64,000 bases of DNA, taken from Blasia pusilla. Lineage: Eukaryota. Under the pieces are notes generated by a model. It saw only the letters and a program-made list of their open reading frames with translations. It had not been told where the DNA came from and made no database searches. Below are positions 53,568-64,000 of this stretch, one piece after another (position 1 is the stretch's first letter; each line of letters starts with the position of its first letter). The DNA lies in the NCBI GenBank assembly GCA_050084515.1, contig CM114271.1, forward strand, positions 20,708,001-20,772,000, given 5' to 3'. The translations under genes and the position numbers were made by a program.

Positions 53568-54529
53568 TGTCGTGCGCATACACATCGCTACACAACATAC
53601 ATTGTTATCATTGAACACACACACAAACACGCACGATCCCATGCTAACTTATGGCATCCAAATAACGAGACAAGAAATACCCAAATATCTCCAATAAAGT
53701 AAGATCCAATCTCTCTCTACACAATCTCACACCATAGCTCTCAAAGGTGTGCACTCTCTCTCATGTCAAACCAAACCCACTCTCCTAATGAAAGGCTTTG
53801 GTTACACTCACAAGGCAAGGGACCATAGCTCCGCTGCCTCATGCTAAGAGGTTCAACAAATAGAGAATGAGCTCTCAAGCTCTCTCTCCTTGGGATATAT
53901 ACTCCTCCCCTCTCCCAAGCTCTCTCCATGGTAACCTATTCTTCCAAGTCACCTCCTTGGCTCTTGACCTGATGTAGGAGGTCAAGGGACACTTAACAAA
54001 AATAGAAAGTCAATCATATACTAAAAATGGTACTTACCTAAAATAGTAAGTTCCTCAATATGGCTCCAAATGAGCCAAAACAAAGGGGAAACCTGCTCTC
54101 TCAGGTTTCCCGGGGCCTCAGCAAGTCATCCTCAACCTCCTAGGCCTGTCCACCACTACTCTTGAAGACGCTTTACTAGATCTCACCGATCTATCCTAAA
54201 GGACGTGACTGCTGTCGTGCGCATACACATCGATACACAATATACACCGCTATGACTAAACACACACACAAACACGCACGATCCCATGCTAACTCATGGC
54301 ATCCAAACAACAAGACAAGAAGTACCAAAATATCTCTAATCGCCCCCCTAGCTAGTGGTTAGGTCCCTCTAACTCTAGATAGCCATCTATCCCTACCTAC
54401 CATGACATACATCTTTCGGACGCTAAGAGCAAGAAGGCCGGGTGCTCATGTGGCCCCATCGTTAGTCGTCTTCCTATCATCCATGTCAGAGAAAAAGTCG
54501 CGATCGAAACCTACCTAGTATCTCCTCTA

Positions 54530-54665
54530 TGTACATCTGGGACACATCCATCGTCCCCAAGGAACCCTAGTGAGAGGTGGCGTCAGACATGCCATATGCC
54601 AACCTCTCAAACAACCATCACAGACTAGCATCGTGGCTGCACCACGGGCAGAACCACACAACATA
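54530..54665 (-). other. PHD finger at the integrase C-terminus
   Basis: CMLC..LVCDGCLRGWHMACLTPPLTRVPWGRWMCPRC is a complete Cys4-His-Cys3 pattern. Confidence 0.92.
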
Positions 54666-57600
54666 CAACGCAAGCCTGCAGTAACTACTGCTAAGCTTGG
54701 ATCCACTATACTATCAATGTTAGGAAGGTGACATGGTGCACAATTATGCACATGGTCCTTCCATACCATACCATCGTGTCCCTCCAACAAGAGAACACCG
54801 GATGGCAAAACGTCACGCACTCTCAGGATAGTGCGCCCTGCAGTCACATCCAACGTCGTCGGTGTTGTCTGCTGCAAGTAGACATAATCTCCCTGATGAA
54901 ACCTCTGGATAGTTGGTCGATAACCACCACCCTGAATAGTCGCATACCTCAACGTATCCTGATGTTGCGCAATCGCCAAGTTCTCGAACGTCATGGGCAT
55001 CACTCTCTGAAATAACTCAGCCCTCTGAGAACATGCTCGCACCCATACATCTGGGTCATCAAGGTCCAACACCTCACCAGCATCTCGACGAATGGCCGCA
55101 GGTAAATCTGGCTCTCGGCCATAAAGTAGCAAGTACGGTGAAAAAGACGCTAAGGATGCTTGCCTGCTGAATGTGTATCCCATCGCCAACCATGACAACT
55201 AGAGGTCCCAATCTCCTAGGTGACCTCTCTGCAAGCCATACTTGCGTAAACCCCTCTTCACCGTCTCCACAACTCTCTCCACTCATCCATCCACCTCAGG
55301 ATGATCTCGCGAAGTCGTGCTGTGGTCGATCAGCGCTTGATCACACAAGGCTTGGAACTCACCCCAAAACTCGGTACCCTGGTGTGTCAACACCTCAGAC
55401 GGTGCAGCATAATGACACAACACTTTGTCAAGGAAGGCATAAGCTACTCCCTCACTCGCTTTTTCAGGCAATGCAACCAACTCGATCCACTTCAAGAAGT
55501 GCTCGACCATCACCAACACATAACGACTGTGACGCTGTGTCAAAGGCAAAGGTCCTGCAAAATCCAAACTCCATCTATACCCTAAGCCCATGATCGGTAA
55601 TGGATGCAATTGTGGAGTCGGAGCATTGAACGATGCTCGGACCCGATCACACACCATGCACCTGGAAACAAATTGTTGAACGTCAGTCTGCATGCCTCGC
55701 CACTAATACTGGATCTGGAGCAAGCTGTACGTCCGCTTCACCCCAAAGTGACCCAACTCCTCGTGGGCATGCTGCACTAGTCGTGCTCTTTGCAAAGGAT
55801 GCGGCACTACGCGTACTCTGCCATCCTCCCAAACCCTCAAAATATGTGTCCCCTCCCAACGGAACCGTCTGGCCCGCTGTAGGATCCGATCTCGCTCTCT
55901 AGCACCCACAGTGCTTGCAACGCTGCCAGTACAAAGGTACTCGAAGACTACTCCATCAGCATGAATATCTCAGCCACCTATCGTCTCCTCACTGGCCTCG
56001 GGATCCAAGGACTCTCCATTAGACCTCGCCATCGAAGTCTCCACACTCTGGCTCTCCATAGCCAACATGCCTAAATAGGCTGACGCGTGCCATCTTGGCA
56101 CCGACTCCTCATCACTCTCTCCATGCCATCGAGCTCCAGTCGCATCTCGCTGACTCGGGCATGGGTTACGACTCAACCCATCTGCATCTTGGTTGAGCGT
56201 CCTAGGTCTATGTACCACCTGAAAATCATACTCCTGCAACAATAGAGCCCATCTTGCAAGCTTCCCTGTAAGCTTGTCGGACTCCATTAACCACTTGAGT
56301 GGTTGATGATTAGTGATGATGGTAAAGGGATTGCCGAATAAGTAGCACCTGAAATGCGCGACAGCCCACACCGTAGCCAAGCACTCACCCTCATACGAGC
56401 TGTACTTTGCCTCTGCAGCGTTATTCGAGCGGCTAGCATAAGCCACCACGAACTCTCTACCCTCATCATCATGCTGGGTGAGCACCGCTCCAAGCCCCAA
56501 CATGCTTCAATCTGTGTGCAACTGGAAAGGACCCCCCCTGATCGGTCTCCTCGAGATGGGCGCAGACGTCAACCTGTCCTTGAGCAACTGAAATGCTCAT
56601 CCCCCCAGTGCCACTCGTGATCCACCTTGGTCAGCAAGGTCAGTGGCTTCGCAATCGAACTGAATCCCTTGATGTATCGCCAATAGAAGTTCGCCAATCC
56701 CATGAATGCGCGAACCCGGCTCACATCTATACGGCGTGGAATGCGTGAGATAGCCTCTACCTTCATTTTCTGAACACCAAGGCCCCCTTGGTATATCGTA
56801 TGACCCAAGTACTCAATCTGGTCGTAGAAGAACTTGCACTTGCCTGGATGTAGCTTCAGCCCATGTAATTGCAATCTTCAAAACACCTCCTATAGATGTC
56901 GCTCATGCTCCTCAACTGTGGCGCTAAAGACTACGATATCATCAATATAACACCTAGCAAAATCCATACAAGCCAAGATCCTATCCCTCACCCTCTCAAA
57001 CTCAGCCGAGGCGTTCTTTAACCCAAATGGTAAGAACCGCCACTAGTACAAACAATCCTTCCCGTGAGGATCGATGCCCCAAAATGTCGTCTTCTGCCCA
57101 TCCTCCAATCTAATAGGCAGTTGGTGGTATCCGGCTCGCAAATCCAATGAACTGAAGACCTTTGCGTGACCAATCGCATCAAAGATCTCCTCAAGGGTGG
57201 GCATGGCATACCTATTGGACTTCGTCTGTTGATTGATAGGTCGCTAATCCCCACACATCCGCCTATCAGTCCAGTTGCCATGCACATCCTTCTTGGCGGG
57301 CATGACGGTGGCAAATGCATACTCCCCATGCGACATCTCTACTAGTCCTGCTCTGACCAAGTCCTGGCTCCTACTCTGAATCAGAGCCCTCTCCATATCA
57401 CTATACTTGTAGGGTCGTCGGAAGATCGGCGTATCAGTCGACAACTCAATACGGATCCCCGGTCCCTTCAGCGTACCCAAATCCTCCATGCTAAACGCAA
57501 AGCAGCTCCTATAACTCGTGAAGAACTGATGTATCCAGCGCCGCTCTCCTCCTTTCAACTTAGGACCCATATCGGCTCCCAAGTCTCCATCGTGACTACG

Positions 57601-57959
57601 GTAGGACTCTCTGGCGCGGGTATCGGTGGTTGCTATGGTGCAACCCCGTCTTGAACAACAACGCTCGGCTGCTCTTTTGCAGCCAACTGCAAACTTTGAT
57701 CTCCTCCATATGCAGTGCCCGAAACCACGCTCGATGTTGTGGCTATCATCTCCTCGCGTACATGCAAAACATCCCAAGAAGTCCAAGGGTGTCTCTCCCA
57801 ATCTCCCCTAGTGCGTAGATCTCCTCGGGTTCGCCCCCAGCCAGTGCCTCCACCGTCTCGGTAGGCATGGGGCTCACCAACGCAACCGTTGTGATTTGTC
57901 GCGATCTCATACGACGCTGCTCAGCCACTCCCAAGCTGAGGATCCATGTCAAGCAGTTC

Positions 57960-58885
57960 AGGTCCATCGCCTGACCCAAGATATGGTGTCGTGATGCCTC
58001 TGACACTGACGGTACTGCCGTCACTCCTATGGGAAATCCCATCACTCGCTCTCTCTCATCGGAGTTGGGCTCCACTAACTGGTGAACCTGGTCATCCCAA
58101 ACCAAGCCAAGACTGGCCTCCTTTTATGCATAGGAAGCGGGAAAACTCACAAACTTGGGCAAGGCTGCCCGCGGCCTGCCTACCCTGTTGATCACAGTCA
58201 ACGGTGGTCAATCATCGTGCCTCACTGCCTGTTATGGACGACCTGGATCTAGAATGGAATCCACTAACAAATGGGAGGGGCGCTCAACTCTCGCATACGC
58301 CCTCTGTAACACTGCATGGGGCACCAATTTGGTCCACCATAGACGCGGGGGATGGGCTCTAGAACCTACACTCGCCGCATCCAAGAACACTGCTGGGTTG
58401 ATCCAAGCACGCACTTGATGAGCACTCGTCACCACCCGTGACCTGGAGTCTCCTAAGATCGGCACATTCTCCAAAATGTAGGCTGGAGAACGAGACTGGT
58501 GCTCCTGCAACTGCCGTAAGACCCTCAACATCTCCTAAAACAACCTGGACCGAGTGTCAGCCAACCCGCTGCCTCGTCCAACACTCGATTGGCCCTAACA
58601 TGGCCAACCGGAAATGACCAAATCAATGGTCCCTACCCGCTCTAAGTCCTGCGCCCCCAACAACGAAATATCCCTCGGTAGGGAACTTTGGTACCCATCA
58701 TGGACGCTTGTGCATAATAAGTCGGAAAACGAGGCGAATCGCACCACATGTCGTAGTGAGACGCGCCTTGCAACATCATCACTCTCCACATACAGGTACT
58801 GTTGTACTCGCACTCCTGCCTGCAAAACAACAGCTAACCCGGTGCTAATCCCTCCAAAGAGATCTAACACTCGAATACCCTCCCC
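57960..58885 (-). pseudogene. DNMT3-like methyltransferase domain of element B
   Basis: VLDLFGGISTG, YVESDD, DLVISGWPC*G, YILENVP, RAHPPRLWW, ERERVMGFP and RHHILGQAM. Confidence 0.9.
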
Positions 58886-61800
58886 CGGGATACACCACAC
58901 AATGGGTGTGATATCCAAGGGTGTCATCGTAGCACTCCCTGCTACCTCAGGTTCCTCAGACCTTTCACGCTCCGCTGCAAACGCTTCGCTCCACGCGGTT
59001 TGCACGTGCTCATCTGCCAATCGTCGAAGCTCCTCAGTCGAGCCCCACAACGGCACCTCTACCATAACACTCCTCTCCATAGAAATTTCAGGAATGGGAG
59101 TATCCTCTGCATGGACATGTCCCTCAATCTAAACACTAGGCCAAGTGATGGCATTGCTAAATGCTGCTAAGGTCGCCATCTCTCCTGGCCGTTGCTCGAT
59201 CACTACACATGTGAATCGAACGGGTAATGAGCTAAGGCGCCCATCACTTGACTGCCATCTCGGTCTGTAGGACGCTGACTCCTCCTAGTAATCCCAAGAA
59301 AACCCCATTGGGTATAACACTGCTCCACCAACCAAGACGTCGTAGGACTCTGCATCAGTCACTATCGCCTTGGCGCGCACCATGGACTCATCTGTAGGAT
59401 GTCCCGGGCGAATCCTCACCACAACCTCTTGTCGGGTGATATACTGTGTGGTACTCGCTCCACCCAAGGATGTCTATATCTGGAATGGACAACGCTCCAC
59501 ATCGGCTCTCGTCAAGCCCAATCCTCTGAATGACGCTTTCCCCAACATCAGGGGTTGCGCTCCTGAATCCAACAAGACGCGTTGTGGACTAAAAGCTCTA
59601 CCTCCAGGACTCACCAACTGGAAGACCTCTCCTCGGTTATCCAGCAACACAACACCAGGAGAAGCCATGGCACGCTCTATCGTGGGTCTAGCGGACATCT
59701 CCGCCATTCTAGCAGCCGCAGCCTATCATGAATCTCACGTGGACGGTCCGAGCATACGCTCCAAGGGCAAGTCCATCACCTCCTCTGCAATCACCTCTGA
59801 ACGTGATGCACGAACTCCAACTCCGCGCTCACATAGCGTCGCGGCCAGCTGAAAAGCCTCGGCGGGCGTACCCCCCAAGGTCATAACATCAGAAGTAGAA
59901 AATAAAGGAGTGCGGTACACAATGGTGGCCGCCCCCAACAATGTGCTTGACACATGCCCCTCCTGAGCATCAACAATAGGAGTTGTCGCACTCGCTTCTC
60001 CCATCGCCCTCCGTGCCTGCACACCAACAACATCATCAACTCTCAAGGAACTTTGATGAGGACCCATCGATGGGGTCCTCATCGCTTCGGACAACGTGAA
60101 AGATTGAGGAATCCTAGTCTGTTTTCTGGCTTTCCTTCGTTGTGGATCCAACTCTGCGGCGGCCTCCATGTGGGCAACCCGGCACATCCAACCAGGATCC
60201 TGCAGATCTCTGTGTGCTCCATATGATGTCGATGCCACAGATTCGGCATCGGGTAACCTCAATGCCATAGCGGCAATCTGCTCTTGTAGCTGCTGTATCT
60301 GAGCAGCCATCCCGGCCTCACGTCCGGCGTCTCCCTCGATGCGTCGAGGTGGTGGTTCTCTACCTCCTCCATGGGAGGCTCCACCACCATGTCGGAAAAC
60401 TCGAGCTCCTCGTCCTCCAACAACACCACCTTGGTGCACTATCTCTAGGCCCACCTGAACCGGCTACTCGCTTTGGTGCCCTCTCTGGCCCTCGGTCCGA
60501 ACGTAACTCACAATGTACACTGAAATACCTGGCGCGTGTATGAACATACCTTTGACAATAGTCACACTGATAACCTCATGGTGCAGCACCATCTCCTCCT
60601 CCATGCCGAGTCATACGTCCATGACCTTGACGAGTGCAATGGCGCTGATGATGGGCTCCACCACATGACCAACAAGTAATAGTAGGCGGTTGCTGTTGAG
60701 CCGCATATGAAGGCGCAGGTCTCTGTGCCACGGGCTCCCGGGAGCTCGTGGTGCCACAGTTGACCTATCTCAGAGTCCACGCTGCTGCACACGTGGTGCA
60801 GCCAATCGCAATTGCTCTCACCCAAAACCCATGGTGGCTACGCTCTCCTCCGCCATGTTGCGCTCAATGTTCTCAACGGTCCTAAAAACATCTCTCAATG
60901 TAGGGGAGGTGTTCATAAGAAGCACCCCCCCACTTTGTGGGCGCGCAGGTCAGTCGAGCATCGCGTACCATGACTGGATAGCATGAGCCTCTGTCACCCC
61001 CTGAGTGACGTTGATCAACCGGCGCAAACGAGTGTAAGCCTCACGTAAAATCTCACCCGGGTGCCTCTGGAAGTTGTGGATGCTCCGCAACTTTTCCCTC
61101 CGTACCCCTTGGTAGCTCGCCCTCAACTCAGCAAAAAACTCAACCACGGGGTTGAACTTGGGACGAACCCAACTAGACGGTGCAACTGCTCCAGTGCGAG
61201 TGACCCCTCCTAAAACATCACTAGTGGAAGAGGAAGTAGCCTCTCCTGACTCCTCCTCCTCATCTGGGAACGGCTCTGTCCATGACACATAGTGTGGGTC
61301 ATAGTAGAGTCTCCATGCCTCAATCTCCTGGGCATATCTATGGGAAAACTCATGGTAATCGTCCATGGGTGCCCCCTCTAAATGCTGGAACATACCGTTC
61401 CATGCTGTAAACGGGTTGAACTCTCTAGAGTTCCTGGCCCGTTGGGAGTCGCATGAACTCCTAAACTCTGCTATGAAATCGTGCAACTCAATCGTACCTA
61501 CTACACTTGAAAACCTACGCGGTCCTCTACCCCGGTCGTCCATCTCGTACGCCCAACTGGTAGGACCACTCACAATGTGTGGCGATGTGCTCACAAATTC
61601 CTCTACACCCTCTCCCTCATCTGATGATGACACACAAGGAGGTTGAGGTGATCCCTGAAGTGAAGACCCTCGGAACCTCACGCCACTCCGCGTAAAACCT
61701 CTAGAGCTACTCTCGGGTTCACCACCTCGCCTCTCAAAGTCCCGAACGGACGCCGTGATGATCCTCGTGCCTTTCTCATCCAATCACTCTTGCCTCGCGA

Positions 61801-64000
61801 GTAATCCTTCAATCACTCATCCCAAACATGCGGCACTCGATCTACAGTCTCCCTCCCCGAGACATGTAACGTGCGGCAATAAGCAGCGTGGTGCGGCAAA
61901 TCGACCAGGCTATCATCCCATCGATAACCTACCCTCAACTCTGGACATCCCACACACGTCTATGTCTCCTAAATCACATACATACATGATGCTCTCAGCA
62001 TCCACACACCCAATATCCCCAAATAAACTACCCAAATCCCAGAATCCCTCACACGTGCAGGGTAAAGGACCAGAATGGGTAACCTGAACACATGTCGATG
62101 TCGCTCCTCATAAACTATGAATCTCGACCCCAACTCGTTCGTGGAGACAACTCCTCCAATCAGCAAGTCATACTCCTCCCGTACTGACGTTGCTCAAAAC
62201 TCCTCGATAGACGGTGCAGTTCCAGCGGAACGGTGCGCGTTGCAGGCGGCACGGAACGGCATGGCCCTCGATGATGGGATGCGGCACTCGGCGGCATACC
62301 CTCCTCAATCAACAATAAACCCACACTCTGCTCCACAATGCCAGAGCGGCTCCGCGATCAAGACGGTGCGGTATGGCCACGAGCGGCACGGCGCGGCAAT
62401 CGACGGCGCGTTGCGGCTACGGGCGTCACGGCACGGTACCCAATCTTCGTTGAGCGGCTACCAATCACAACATAGCAGCAGGAAATCAAAACTCAAACAC
62501 TATAACATGAGGTCATATGCCATCACAGGTTGATGACGGTGGCGGCCAAAACAAAGTTCGTGATGGCCACGCAAGTCCGAGAATCAACGAACGTTGTGGA
62601 AGACCCTCCACTCCGTAACGGTGGCAATAGCAACCAAGGGTGGAAAACGGAAGGTGGACCATTGACGGTGACGGTTGACCGTTGATGGTGACGGACCAAT
62701 GGTGACAGTGACGGTTGACCGTCGAAGGTGAAATTTTACCGTTGACGGTTGACAATGACTATGACGGCGACGGACGCCGCCGGTGTGGCGGCTGGTTTAG
62801 GGTTTGCACAATTTAACCCTAAAAATTTCCTAGCAATGGCAGTATTGCACAGCGTGCACAGCTTCACGATCTATGCCAGCATTAAAAAATATTTGGAATC
62901 GGACATTCCAGTAAAAACTGACAGGGATTGTTGTAAAGCCCAATGTCTCTTTCTTCTACCCAACATTCGGCAGCGCTTCCGCGCTGATTCCTCCCAAAAT
63001 AATTGTAAAACCTATAAAAATGCAAATCAGCAAGCGACATGGTGCTCCCGAAAGCACCGGCATGGGGCAACCCGCCCCCATACTCAATCCCTATCAGAAA
63101 TTGGGCAGCGCTTCCGCGCGCCACTCTTTCACACGAAAAATCGGCAAATGCAACGAAAAATCCAAGCAACCCTTGCTCCGATGAGCACTCCCATGAGCCG
63201 TTGAATGGGGAACACGGTCCCCAACCTACAAAAACAACGAGTGACCAGCGAGCTCCTCCATGAACCTCTCTCACTCTCTCATTCTCGCATTCTCTCTTTA
63301 TAAAGTAAGATTCAATCTCTCTCTACACAATCTCACACCATAGCTCTCAAAGGTGTGCACTCTCTCTCATGTCAAACCAAACCCACTCTCCTAATGAAAG
63401 GCTTGGGTTACACTCACAAGGCAAGGGACCATAGCTCCGCCGCCTCATGCCAAGAGGTTCAACAAAGAGAGAATGAGCTCTCAAGCTCTCTCTCCTTGGG
63501 ATATATACTCCTCCCCTCTCCCAAGCTCTCTCCATGGTAACCTATTCTTCCAAGTCACCTCTTTGGCTCTTGACCTGATGTAGGAGGTCAAGGGCCACTT
63601 ACCAAAAATAGAAAGTCGATCATATACTCAAAATGGTACTTACCTAAAATGGTAAGTTCCTCAATATGGTTCCAAATGAGCCAAAACGAAAGGGAAACCT
63701 ACTCTCTCAGGTTTCCCGGGGCCTCAGCAAGTCATCCTCGACCTCCTAGGCCTGTCCTCCACTACTCTTGAAGAGGCTCTACTAGATCTCATCGATCTAT
63801 CCTAAAGGACGTGATAGGGTCTTTTCAGTTTACATCTTGTTCAAAGACCTCATCTTGATCTTAAATTAAGGAAACTTGCTCCTCAAGCTGTATCTAGAGT
63901 TATAAGAAATTTTTAAGAAAAAATGGAGTTGTGATCAAAAGCCCAAAAATATTTAAATGATTTTGCAAACCTACGCAATCAAACCTTGTAGAAAAAGAGA

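Larger units (their letters stand above)
54527..61783 (-). pseudogene. gag-pol polyprotein of element B
   Basis: Gag 60950-61783; protease VLLDSGAQPLMLG ~59560; DNMT ~57960-58885; RT with YIDD ~56940; RNase H 55970-56530; integrase HAHEELGHFG..CMVC..WSLDFAGP; PHD 54530-54665. Interrupted mostly by single in-frame stops. Confidence 0.92.
53568..63816 (-). mobile_element. Element B: full-length Gypsy-like retroelement with split direct repeats, encoding Gag-PR-DNMT-RT-RH-IN-PHD (degenerate)
   Basis: Perfect 4-bp TSD GGGT (53564-53567, 63817-63820). On the minus strand: A1 63816-63301, internal region, PPT ~54350-54341, B1 54340-54213, A2 54210-53696, B2 53695-53568. Confidence 0.93.

Noticed and set aside
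53568-54340. Assembly duplication or tandem solo LTRs explaining the B-A-B block
   Set aside because: The B copies differ by several substitutions, the same layout occurs in a second family, and one TSD brackets the whole unit.

Overview
Eukaryotic plant genomic DNA, probably a non-seed plant such as a liverwort or other bryophyte (inferred from gene and transposon content). Host genes are few: a 4-exon class III peroxidase on the minus strand with a long GGNNNQ-repeat tail that runs off the window start, and an F-box gene. Most of the window is nested transposable elements: Helitron remnants, two CRE-like LINE copies with a restriction-like endonuclease, a conventional tRNA-Met-primed Ty3/Gypsy fragment with a solo LTR, and a hAT MITE. 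The main result is a cluster (32-64 kb) of Gypsy-like retroelements whose polyprotein reads Gag-protease-DNMT3-like cytosine methyltransferase-RT-RNase H-DDE integrase-PHD finger. Two separately bounded copies with dissimilar repeat sequences (33715-43357 on +, 53568-63816 on -) lack normal LTRs and a recognisable PBS. Both have split direct repeats (A1-internal-PPT-B1-A2-B2) and a conserved 3'-UTR hairpin. A perfect 4-bp TSD flanks the minus copy and a solo AB unit; the plus copy has a degenerate one. All copies carry stops or frameshifts. Coordinates were read by eye and may be off by a few bases.
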